From an uncultured archaeon (GTDB lineage: Archaea > Altiarchaeota > Altiarchaeia > IMC4 > QMZM01), in the NCBI GenBank assembly GCA_964549685.1, contig CAZJVE010000002.1, positions 64,001 through 128,000 on the forward strand: 64,000 nt of DNA, given 5' to 3'. Made by a program: the position numbers and the translations under genes. A model generated the notes under the pieces. It did no database searches. It was given only the letters and a program-made list of their open reading frames with translations, and was not told the DNA's origin. Each line of letters opens with the position of its first letter. Position 1 is the first letter of the stretch. Below are positions 19,880 through 28,915 of this stretch, piece by piece.

Positions 19880-20422
19880 ATGGCCTTTGAAAAAATCGAG
19901 AGCAAAATCAAGGAAAAGGGCAATGAAGAGGTTAAGGGAATCAAAGGCGAAGCCAAGAAAGAGATAGATGGCATAGAAAAGGACATAAAGACCGGGGAGG
20001 AAAAGGCCAACAAGAAGGTCATGGACAAGAGAAAACAGGAGTTCGAACTAATCCCGAAGAGAATAATCTCAAACGCCAGGATGGAGAGGAAGCTCCAGGT
20101 GGATTCAAAGAAGGCGGAGATAGTCCACAACGTCTTCGAGAGCGCGAAGAAAAAGATTCTCGACATGGACAGCAAGAAGAAGGAAAAGCTTCTGAAGAGC
20201 CTTGCCGAGGATGCAAAGAAGAGCGTCAGGGACCCGGTGCTCTACGTTGACAAGAAATACGCAAAGTTCATTGATGCAAAGGCCAAGGACATCGGCGATT
20301 TTGGTGTAATTGTCGAGAGCAAGGACGGCTCCATGAGAGTCGACAATACCCTGGACAACCTGATGCTCAGAATGGAGCCCGACCTCAAGGCCAAGGTCGG
20401 CGGGATTCTATTTGGGGACTAA
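19880..20422 (+). CDS. A/V-type ATP synthase subunit E
   Basis: N-terminal coiled coil and C-terminal GVIVESKDGSMRVDNTLD...VGGILF. Confidence 0.88.
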   Translation: MAFEKIESKIKEKGNEEVKGIKGEAKKEIDGIEKDIKTGEEKANKKVMDKRKQEFELIPKRIISNARMERKLQVDSKKAEIVHNVFESAKKKILDMDSKKKEKLLKSLAEDAKKSVRDPVLYVDKKYAKFIDAKAKDIGDFGVIVESKDGSMRVDNTLDNLMLRMEPDLKAKVGGILFGD

Positions 20423-20433
20423 TAATCGTTTCT

Positions 20434-23400
20434 CTATGTGCAAAGAGGGATATCTGCTGTATCCATCCCCATATACGGTGAGAAGCACGTATCCGAGTCA
20501 TAGTCGTCTATGCAGCCATCCTGATTCAGGTCATGGCTTGAAGTATAACCTGGATCGCCCGCGCATAAGTCCAGGCTTATTTGCATCGACAAATAATCAG
20601 CATAATCAACCTCTGCATCGCCGTTTAGGTCTGGACACAGCACGCATCCCGTAGCAATGCTCGTAGTTGTTAGGGTGGTGCTTGTCGTAGTGCTCGAAGC
20701 CCCGCTACTCCACGCGTTTATCAGGTCTATTACATCCGCCAGATTCGCCTGGTCATTGGACCAGAGAGTTATCAGGTCTATCACTTCTGAGAGACTCACG
20801 TCACCACAGGGTGCGCTGTCGCCAACCAGAGTGCAGTCCCCCGATATTGTTGTGCTGGTGCTTGTCGTAGTTGTGGTTGTAGCGCCCTCCTCGGCACATT
20901 CTATCTTGGATACATTGACCCCCCACACCGTGATGGAGCCGTCCGAGTCAAAGACGAACTTCATGTCGTCCGTTTCATAGTACTCGGTCCAGTTGTAGTC
21001 CCCCCCGCTCCAGGTGCCGTCTATCGTATCCAGGCTGGAGCCCTCGCCCGTTTTTATGTAGAGGTAGTCGTACCCCGACTCCGTAATCGCCTTCATATAT
21101 GCCCTCATTGACGAGCCGGAGCTGCATTGATATTCATAGGAGGCGCAGTCCAGGTAATTCGAATACGGGTGCGGCGTTTCGAATGCTATGCTATGCTGCC
21201 CCAGGCCAAAGGAGCCGCCCGAATCCATGCTGCAGCCCGATGCGATGGTGGACGTGGTCAAGACCGTCGTCGTGCTCGTTGATGTGGATGTTGTCGATGT
21301 GGTTGTTGTGCCATTTATTGATGTCGATGTTGAGCTCGTGGAGGTGCTGCTTGTTGATGTGCTGCTGCTAGTGGATGTAGACGTCGTGGTAGTCCCGGTA
21401 ACCGTAACCGCGGCATTGCTACTCCTTACTGTCTGAAGTTGCGGGTTTCCGCTGTTGTAGGTCCTTATATCTACGGTGTCAAGCGTTATGTTGCTGACTC
21501 CTGCACCTATCGCCTCGAATTTCGCGGACGCTATGCCGGTCCCGGAAGAAGATATGCCGTCCGTCGACCTGACTCTCAGGTACTGCACCGTCCCCTGGGT
21601 ATTGTTTATGGTCGGTCCGACATCGGTATATGCGGTTGAGCTATCCGCAGTCAGGAAATCCCCTATCGTTAGCGAGGTGGCGTTCAGGACGTCCGGGTCA
21701 AAGCCGAGATGAATCTCCACGCTGTATGCATCTGAAAGCTGGCTGCTGTTAATCTCGACGGAGAAGGTGTCTCCAGCCACGGCGGCTACGCTCGAGGGGT
21801 CGATGCTCACGTCCAGCAGGATTGTGCTTGTGGTGCTCGTCGACGAGGTGCTGGTCGTGGTCGTCTGGTTTGTTATGCTTGTGGTGGTCGACATTGACGT
21901 GCTGGTAGAGGTCGTAGTGCTCGTGGACGTGGTAACAACGCTGCAGTCATACGTGCATCCGGCCGTCCCGCTGTCGCTCCAGGTGCTCGGGTTGTCGCAC
22001 GTATTCTCGTCCCCTGAATTCCCCGATGTGGTGCCTGAAAACTTGAAGTCTGACTCCGTATTACCGCAGATTCGGTTCGAATCCACGTCATTGAACATCG
22101 AATCATGGAAGCGGATTCCGTTCGTGTTGTTGGATATGGTGTTGTTGGCGATTGTGTTACTGGAGGAGCTGCTGAAAGAGATTCCCTTGTCGAAGTCCGT
22201 GATGATGCAGTTCCTTATCTTGTTGCTGGCCCTGAGGTGCATGTAGATTCCGGTGCCGGAGGTGTCCCCGTCCCCGTCAATTTTGTAGTTCTGGCAGTCG
22301 AAGATTATGCCGCTCTCGCCGAACGTAATGCAACTGCCGTCCTGGTCGGTTATGTCCGCGCCGAGGTTCACGGTCGAATAGGTGCCGTCCAGCTTCGTGG
22401 TGCAGTCCGCACAGGAGGTGCAGGTATTCCCTGTCGATACGGTCGTTGTCGTTGAGGTCAAGCTCGTGCTTGTAGATGTTGACGTGCTCGTCGATGTACT
22501 GGTCGAGGTGGATGTCGACGTCGTGCTACTACTACTGGTCGTCGTAGTGCCAGACGTAACGACGCTGAATGCAAGGTCGTCATCATCTCCGTAGGTTCCG
22601 GTATAGCAGCTGCTTCCGCCACCCCACTTCCAGCCGATTATCGCCCTCACGTATTGGGTGCTACTGGCGTCATCCACGGTAAAGCTCGTGGAGTAAGTTC
22701 CTGTGGTTCCGGGGTAATCGCACTGGGAGTCTATAAGGAGCACTCTCCAGCCAGTGCCGTTATAATACCATATCTCTACTCTGTCATTGGAATCATAGCA
22801 CTCCACCAGGACCTCCACGTTAACGGTGTCCCCCGCATTCACTCCGCAGGAGGAGCCCACGTTCGTAAGGGTAATCCCCTCTATGTCGTCCTCGCCGTTG
22901 CAGCTCGCCGCCCCGGCGCAGGAATCCGCCAGGATATTGTCGGTGCAGCCGTTGCTCCCAAGGCACGCGCTCCCGCACTGGCACTGCGTAACTACGGTTG
23001 AGGTCGTGCTTGTAGAGCTAGTAGTTGATGTTGTCGTGCTGGTAGAAGACGTGCTGCTGGACGTTGTCTGGGTTATCGTGCTAGTGGTGCTGGTCGAACT
23101 CGTGCTAGTGGTGCTGTAGCAGTTAATCGTCTCGACATCGATGCCCCAGTCTGTTTGAGAACCGTCGGATGTGAACCTGAACTGGATGCTCCTCGTGTTG
23201 GGGTGCTCCCTCCATACGTAGCCCTGTGAATCCCCGCACCAGTACGTGCTTGTGCCGGTGTCGGCGTTTATTATGTAGAACTTGTCATAATTGCACGTGG
23301 AATGGTACTCAATATCGTGCTTTACATAGACCTTTCCGTAGTAGCTGGATGGGCAGGTATAGGTGTTCGAAGAGCAATCCATGTTGTTGGGATAAGTGTG

Positions 23401-25749
23401 CGGGGTCTGGAAATCGATTGTATTGTCCCCGGCGCTCAGGCTTGCTGATGCAGAGGAGGTACACGACAGGATAGAGGTCGTGGTCGAGGTTGTCGTGGAT
23501 GTGGTGGTTGTACTTGAGGTAGAGCTTGAGGAGGGGCAGTCCGCCTCGCAGTTGCCCGTGGTCTCGGCATTTGTAGCAGAGGAATCGCAGGTGCCGTCGC
23601 CGCAGTATTTCAGCTCATAGGTGAAGTCGAACAGCTCACCGCCGCCGTCTTCATATACATGGGCCGCAATGCTTATATCGCAGCCGGAAGAGCAGTACTC
23701 TTTACTGGTTATGTCGTTCCATGCATCGCTGTCCGCGCTGCCCGTGCACGTGGTGGCACAGCCCCCCACGTAATTCGTTCCGCTGCAGTTCCCGCCTTCG
23801 TAGAGATCCGGGCTGGAGGATTCGTCGTTGTTGGAATCAATCCAGAGCTTATAGCCGTCGTCGGATGCGACCCTGTAGCTCAGATTGGCCAACCGCCCCG
23901 GGACATTAATGGTCTTCCTGTAGAATTTATCGCAGTGGTCGCAGTTCTCGTCCCACTCGTCTTTCAGGTCCACGTCGCTCCAGCAGGAGTCGTCATAGTT
24001 GAGCTCGTACCAGTAGTCATAGCCGCCGTCCCTCATGACCTCGTTATCGGAATACTCGTCGCACTGGTCGTTGTCCGCGTCGTATCTCACCGCCTTCCAG
24101 CCGCACCTCGGGTCTGTGGGATTCGTCAAGCACCAGGACTTCGAGTTCGTGACGGTGCCTACGCACTCCCCGTTGCAGCTAGCCCACCTCGTGGAATCGT
24201 TAACCGCGCAGTCGCTTCCGTCTATGGTGCCATCATCATCACAGTCGGAATCCTCGGGGCACGGGTCGTTCATGTTGGAGAGGCCGTCGCTGTCCAGGTC
24301 CGTGGAGTACGAGGTGTCGGTGTTTATCATCTCGTGGTTAGAGGCGACGGCATAGTACTCAAAGCCGTTCTCCAGTGTGTAGGGGTAGGGGACCCCCACC
24401 CTGAGCCAGTATATTCCGTTCTCGCTGACCTGGTAATGGACGTGCTCCACGTTGTTCTTGGTGCTTCTCGAGGAGCTTATGAGGTTGTAATCGCCGTCGT
24501 AGAGGTAAAGATTAAAGTTGGTCAGGGATGCCGGGGTTCCTTTATAGCTCGAGACGTTGCGCCTCCAGACAAGCGTTGCCGTGATATTGGCGGGGGCGTC
24601 AGTCACGTAGACCTTATGGTACCTGTCGGTTGTGTCAGAGGCCAGTCTGGCATGCAGCTTGTAGCCTGACGGCTCCGTTGTCGCCCTGCTACTGTAGGTT
24701 GCGAGCGCCTCCACCGCGTCCACGAGCCCCGCCCCCTGCCACTGGTCCAGGGGGTCGGTGGTTGTATGCGACCAGCCACTCAGCTTCGTTGCAGAGTTCA
24801 TGATTGCGGCCTTCATAAGGACCGGGTCGTTCGTCTGGCTATTCGTCTCAGCCCAGCTGAAGAGAAGCGCTGCCACGCCCGAGACGTGGGGGGTGGCCTG
24901 GCTGGTGCCTGTCCTGGGCGCGATGCTGTCTTCGGTTTCCCAGTCATTGTTGGACGACCATATCTCCTTCCCCGGCGCCACAACATCGACCGTCGTTCTG
25001 CCGTCGTCCGTCTTGCCGTGGCCGCTCTCGTTGTCCGGAGAACAGCTATCAGCATCACTACAACTTAGCACTGAGCCCACGGTAATGGCGTTGTAGTTGT
25101 CCCCCGGCGCCTCGATGTGCGAGTCCGGATTGTGCGTCTGGTCCCAGTTGCCTGCAGCGGTGACGAAGATGGTATCTCTCCCATACGATATATAGTCCAC
25201 GAGTTGCGTCAGGTTAGAGCTGCCTGTCGTGCTCAGTTCGTCATAGTAGCGGCCCTGGCTCAGGCTGATTATCTCTGCGCTATTCGGGTAGTCTATGGCC
25301 CAGTTAATCCCGGCATAGAGGTAATCCCAGAGCCCAAATGCGGTTGAGGCCTGGACGTCTATTATCCCGGCGTAGGGTGCCACTCCCTTGTAGCTGCTGT
25401 CCTGGCTGACGATAATCCCTGCGACGTGGGTCCCGTGCCCCTCAATGTCCCCCTCGTGCCCGTCGGGGTCCGTGTTATTGTAGAAACTCCCCCAGTTGAG
25501 GACGGCGTTGATGTCGGGGTGGCTCCTGTCAATTCCTGTGTCGACGACCGCCACCGTGGTAACTAGTCCTCCGGACGTATTATCCTGGATTTCATCTGCT
25601 CTGATTAGGGATACTGACTCAATCAGACTTGTCTTGATTCCGCCTTCATCAGACACGTCGCCGGCATCTTCAACACCGACAACACCGCAGCTAAGAACCA
25701 ATATACTGACTGCAAGAATGAATAAAACACCCTGTTTCATTTTATTCAA
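20434..25749 (-). CDS. Giant secreted S8 subtilase with Ca-binding repeats, PA14-like, CUB-like x2, beta-helix, cohesin-like and two dockerin-like modules
   Basis: Triad VAVVDTG / GHGTHVAG / GTSQATPHV; ASDDGYKLWID; TPHxYxNxxDC twice; cohesin-like VSIDPSS...LGFDPDVL; terminal PDLNGDAEVDYAD...DLNQDGCIDDYD. Confidence 0.88.
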   Translation of the reverse strand: MNKMKQGVLFILAVSILVLSCGVVGVEDAGDVSDEGGIKTSLIESVSLIRADEIQDNTSGGLVTTVAVVDTGIDRSHPDINAVLNWGSFYNNTDPDGHEGDIEGHGTHVAGIIVSQDSSYKGVAPYAGIIDVQASTAFGLWDYLYAGINWAIDYPNSAEIISLSQGRYYDELSTTGSSNLTQLVDYISYGRDTIFVTAAGNWDQTHNPDSHIEAPGDNYNAITVGSVLSCSDADSCSPDNESGHGKTDDGRTTVDVVAPGKEIWSSNNDWETEDSIAPRTGTSQATPHVSGVAALLFSWAETNSQTNDPVLMKAAIMNSATKLSGWSHTTTDPLDQWQGAGLVDAVEALATYSSRATTEPSGYKLHARLASDTTDRYHKVYVTDAPANITATLVWRRNVSSYKGTPASLTNFNLYLYDGDYNLISSSRSTKNNVEHVHYQVSENGIYWLRVGVPYPYTLENGFEYYAVASNHEMINTDTSYSTDLDSDGLSNMNDPCPEDSDCDDDGTIDGSDCAVNDSTRWASCNGECVGTVTNSKSWCLTNPTDPRCGWKAVRYDADNDQCDEYSDNEVMRDGGYDYWYELNYDDSCWSDVDLKDEWDENCDHCDKFYRKTINVPGRLANLSYRVASDDGYKLWIDSNNDESSSPDLYEGGNCSGTNYVGGCATTCTGSADSDAWNDITSKEYCSSGCDISIAAHVYEDGGGELFDFTYELKYCGDGTCDSSATNAETTGNCEADCPSSSSTSSTTTTSTTTSTTTSILSCTSSASASLSAGDNTIDFQTPHTYPNNMDCSSNTYTCPSSYYGKVYVKHDIEYHSTCNYDKFYIINADTGTSTYWCGDSQGYVWREHPNTRSIQFRFTSDGSQTDWGIDVETINCYSTTSTSSTSTTSTITQTTSSSTSSTSTTTSTTSSTSTTSTVVTQCQCGSACLGSNGCTDNILADSCAGAASCNGEDDIEGITLTNVGSSCGVNAGDTVNVEVLVECYDSNDRVEIWYYNGTGWRVLLIDSQCDYPGTTGTYSTSFTVDDASSTQYVRAIIGWKWGGGSSCYTGTYGDDDDLAFSVVTSGTTTTSSSSTTSTSTSTSTSTSTSTSTSTSLTSTTTTVSTGNTCTSCADCTTKLDGTYSTVNLGADITDQDGSCITFGESGIIFDCQNYKIDGDGDTSGTGIYMHLRASNKIRNCIITDFDKGISFSSSSSNTIANNTISNNTNGIRFHDSMFNDVDSNRICGNTESDFKFSGTTSGNSGDENTCDNPSTWSDSGTAGCTYDCSVVTTSTSTTTSTSTSMSTTTSITNQTTTTSTSSTSTTSTILLDVSIDPSSVAAVAGDTFSVEINSSQLSDAYSVEIHLGFDPDVLNATSLTIGDFLTADSSTAYTDVGPTINNTQGTVQYLRVRSTDGISSSGTGIASAKFEAIGAGVSNITLDTVDIRTYNSGNPQLQTVRSSNAAVTVTGTTTTSTSTSSSTSTSSTSTSSTSTSINGTTTTSTTSTSTSTTTVLTTSTIASGCSMDSGGSFGLGQHSIAFETPHPYSNYLDCASYEYQCSSGSSMRAYMKAITESGYDYLYIKTGEGSSLDTIDGTWSGGDYNWTEYYETDDMKFVFDSDGSITVWGVNVSKIECAEEGATTTTTTSTSTTISGDCTLVGDSAPCGDVSLSEVIDLITLWSNDQANLADVIDLINAWSSGASSTTTSTTLTTTSIATGCVLCPDLNGDAEVDYADYLSMQISLDLCAGDPGYTSSHDLNQDGCIDDYDSDTCFSPYMGMDTADIPLCT

Positions 25750-25796
25750 TTAAGGATTGGTTCCAGCACTATAAATCCTTATTGATTCGCTGCTGT

Positions 25797-28700
25797 CTAG
25801 CCCGAGGACCAGGCACTTATCAGGTCTATCACGTCCGCAAGGCTTGCGCCGTCCGCTGCCCACAGGCTTATCAGGTCGATTACTTCTGCCAGACCCACTT
25901 CGCCGCAGGGCGGGTCGTCTCCTACTAGGTCACAGCCCCCGGATATTGTGGTGCTGGTCGATGTCGTGCTTGTCGTCGTTCCTGCTATTGTCGTAGAGGT
26001 ACTCGTGCTGGTTGATGTCGTAGTAGTCGCGCTGCACGCATAGGTGCATCCGGTCGTCCCGTCGTCGCTCCAGTCTCCCGGAATATCGCATGTGTTCTCA
26101 TCGCCTGAGTTCCCTGAGTTGCTGCCCGAGAACGAGAAATCAGCCTCGGTGTTGGAACAGACGGTGTTGGAATTCACCGTGTTGTACATGGCGCTCGAGA
26201 AACGGATTCCCTCAACGTTATTTGATACGGTATTGTTAACAAGGGTGCTGAAAGACGTGGAGCTGAGCAATATCCCCTTGTCAAACCCGGTAATGACGCA
26301 GTTTCTTATGGTACTGTCCGATTTCAAATGCAAATAGATTCCCGTTCCATAATCGTCTCCGTCCCCGTCGATTGTATGGCCCTGGCAGTCGAACTCTATA
26401 TTGCCGTCGCTGAATGTGATGCAGTTCCCGTCCTTGTTCGATATGCTCGCAGTCAGCTGAACCGTGGAGTAGGTCCCGTCCAGCTTCGCGTTGCAGCCGG
26501 AGCATGAGCTGCAAGTATTCCCTGCTGACAATGTGGTGGTGGTCGATGTCGACGTAGTCGAGGTGGTCAATGTGCTGCTGGTTGACGTCGTTGTGCTGGT
26601 TGTTGTTGCGCCGGCGCAGGTATAGCTGCATCCCGTAACTCCTGTGTCGTTCCATCCAGCTACCGTGTCGCAGCTATTCTCGTCGCCGGAATTATCCGTG
26701 CCGTTGGCGAAGTAAAAATCCTCCTGCGTGTTGGAGCAGAAGCGGTTCGAACTTATGGTGTTGTTATCGGAGTTATAGATGCGGATTCCGTTTATGCCAT
26801 TGGACTGTGCGGTGTTTGCCGTAATTGTATTATTGTCGGCTGATGTCCCAACGAACATTCCCTGCCAGGTGTTCGAGTTCATGGTGTTGTTGGTTATCGT
26901 GTTGTAGCTGCCGCCGACATAAATCCCCCGGTATGTGTTGGAGTTTGCGGTGTTGTTGGCGATGGTATGGTAGTCGGACAGGAGAGACAGGTATATTCCG
27001 CCGTCGTTGTTTGATGCGTTGTTGTCCGTAATCGTGGCGCCGTCTGAATAGTATACATAAATCCCATTCCCGCTGTTTGAGGTTAGGGTGTTGTTCAAAA
27101 TGGTGTTGTTGTTCGAGCCATAGAGGTAGATGCCGTCTGAGAAACCAGTAATTATGCAGTTCCTCACGGTGTTGTTGTCTTTATAGAGCATGAATATTCC
27201 GTCATTTATGCCCGAACTGTCAATTGTATAGCCCTGGCAGTCGAACTCGACGTTGTCGGAATTGAAGGTGATGCATCTGCTGGGGTAATCTGTTATGTTC
27301 GTGGTCAGCTTAACCACAGTGTAGTTCCCGTCGAGCTTGTTGCTGCAATCCTCGCATGAGCTACAGGTCGTTTCCAACTGCCATGCGCTTGAGTTCAACG
27401 GATAATAATCTGCAGTATTATTCACTCCGTCCCCATCACAATCAGTGCAGTAGGTCAGGTCATAGTCCAGCATCGGCTTGTTGCTGGCGAGAGCATAGTA
27501 TTCGAAGCCGTTCTCCAAGGCACCGCCATAGACATCGACGTTGAGCCAGTATATCCCGTTCTCAGTGGCCTCATAGTAAACGTGCTCCACATTGTCCTTG
27601 TTGCTCGCGGACCAGTTGAGCATCTCGTTCATGTCTCCGTCATAAAGATAGAGGTCGAAGTCCGTCAAATCTGCAGGAGTAAGATTGTAGTTGGTAACAT
27701 TCCTCCTCCAGACAATGGTTGCCGTGATGTTCGTCGGGGCATCGTCCACATAGACTCGGGTATACCTGTCCGAGGCATTGTAGACAAGCCTTGAGTGCAG
27801 CAGGTAGCCCGTGGGGTCTGTCGACGGCCTGCTTATATAAGTCCTGTATGCATCAACGGCATTCAGAAGCCCGGCCCCCTGCGTCCTGTCCAGGGGCTCA
27901 AGGTGTGTATGGCTCCATCCCGACAGCTTCGTCGCAGAGTTCATGATTGCGGCCTTCATAAGGACCGGGTCATTCGTTTTCGAATTCAAATCTCCCCAGT
28001 GGAAGAGCATTGCAGCAACCCCCGACACATGGGGCGTTGCCTGGCTCGTTCCGCTCTTCGTGGTATAATCGTCTATCTCCTCAGGCCAATCGCTCCAGTT
28101 ATAGTTGCAGGACCATATGTCGTCCCCGGGCGCCAGGACGTCTATCTTCGTCCTGCCGTCATCCGTTACATTCCTTCCGCTGTCACTGTCCAGGGCCAGG
28201 CCCTTTGTCACCGAACCCACCGTGATTCCGTTATAGTTGTCCCCCGGAGCCTCGATGTGCGAATCTGGATTGTTCGTCGAGTCCCTGTTGCCTGCGCAGA
28301 CTATGAACGGAGTATTCCTCTGATATGCGATGTAATCCACGAATTTTGTAAGCTCAAAATTGCCTGTCGTGCTGACCTCGACATAGGACCGTGCCTGGCT
28401 CATGCTTATTATGTTCGCGCCGTTGTCTATGGCCCAGTTCACTCCCGCATAGAGGTATTTCACTGCGTCATCCAGCTCCGTTATCGAGGCCTTCACGTTT
28501 ATTATGTCTGCATTCGGAGCCACCCCTGGGTAAAGGTCGTCCTGGCTCGCGATAATGCACGCGACATGCGTTCCGTGTCCCTGAATATCCTCGGTGCTCC
28601 CGTCGGGGTCCGCATCGGTATAGAAGTTCCCTCCATTAACAAGATTATTATCGATAGCGGGGTGCGTGCTGTTGACTCCCGTATCTACGACAGCGACCGT

Positions 28701-28886
28701 AGCCAGAGAAGCCCCCGATACGTTGCTCGTAATCTCATCGGCCCTGATAAGCCCCACGGAATTATCCAGGGCGGTCTTGATTCCTCCCCTGGACGCATCG
28801 TTGGAGTTCTCGGCACTGAAAGCACCGTAGCTCAGGACTATCAAACAAACCAGAACAAATAAGTTCCTGTTTTTCATCTTAATCAA
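25797..28886 (-). CDS. Secreted S8 subtilase paralog with two beta-helix modules and a dockerin-like tail
   Basis: VAVVDTG / GHGTHVAC / GTSQATPHV; catalytic domain closely similar to 20434..25749; ends GDDPPCGEVGLAEVIDLISLW...LADVIDLISAW. Confidence 0.88.
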   Translation of the reverse strand: MIKMKNRNLFVLVCLIVLSYGAFSAENSNDASRGGIKTALDNSVGLIRADEITSNVSGASLATVAVVDTGVNSTHPAIDNNLVNGGNFYTDADPDGSTEDIQGHGTHVACIIASQDDLYPGVAPNADIINVKASITELDDAVKYLYAGVNWAIDNGANIISMSQARSYVEVSTTGNFELTKFVDYIAYQRNTPFIVCAGNRDSTNNPDSHIEAPGDNYNGITVGSVTKGLALDSDSGRNVTDDGRTKIDVLAPGDDIWSCNYNWSDWPEEIDDYTTKSGTSQATPHVSGVAAMLFHWGDLNSKTNDPVLMKAAIMNSATKLSGWSHTHLEPLDRTQGAGLLNAVDAYRTYISRPSTDPTGYLLHSRLVYNASDRYTRVYVDDAPTNITATIVWRRNVTNYNLTPADLTDFDLYLYDGDMNEMLNWSASNKDNVEHVYYEATENGIYWLNVDVYGGALENGFEYYALASNKPMLDYDLTYCTDCDGDGVNNTADYYPLNSSAWQLETTCSSCEDCSNKLDGNYTVVKLTTNITDYPSRCITFNSDNVEFDCQGYTIDSSGINDGIFMLYKDNNTVRNCIITGFSDGIYLYGSNNNTILNNTLTSNSGNGIYVYYSDGATITDNNASNNDGGIYLSLLSDYHTIANNTANSNTYRGIYVGGSYNTITNNTMNSNTWQGMFVGTSADNNTITANTAQSNGINGIRIYNSDNNTISSNRFCSNTQEDFYFANGTDNSGDENSCDTVAGWNDTGVTGCSYTCAGATTTSTTTSTSSTLTTSTTSTSTTTTLSAGNTCSSCSGCNAKLDGTYSTVQLTASISNKDGNCITFSDGNIEFDCQGHTIDGDGDDYGTGIYLHLKSDSTIRNCVITGFDKGILLSSTSFSTLVNNTVSNNVEGIRFSSAMYNTVNSNTVCSNTEADFSFSGSNSGNSGDENTCDIPGDWSDDGTTGCTYACSATTTTSTSTSTSTTIAGTTTSTTSTSTTISGGCDLVGDDPPCGEVGLAEVIDLISLWAADGASLADVIDLISAWSSG

Positions 28887-28915
28887 TTAAGAATTAATCA
28901 CGGGGCTATAAATTC

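Noticed and set aside
20434-28886. Diversity-generating retroelement explaining the similar segments of the two subtilases
   Set aside because: There is no reverse transcriptase, both copies are coding, and the differences do not look adenine-specific; paralogy explains them.
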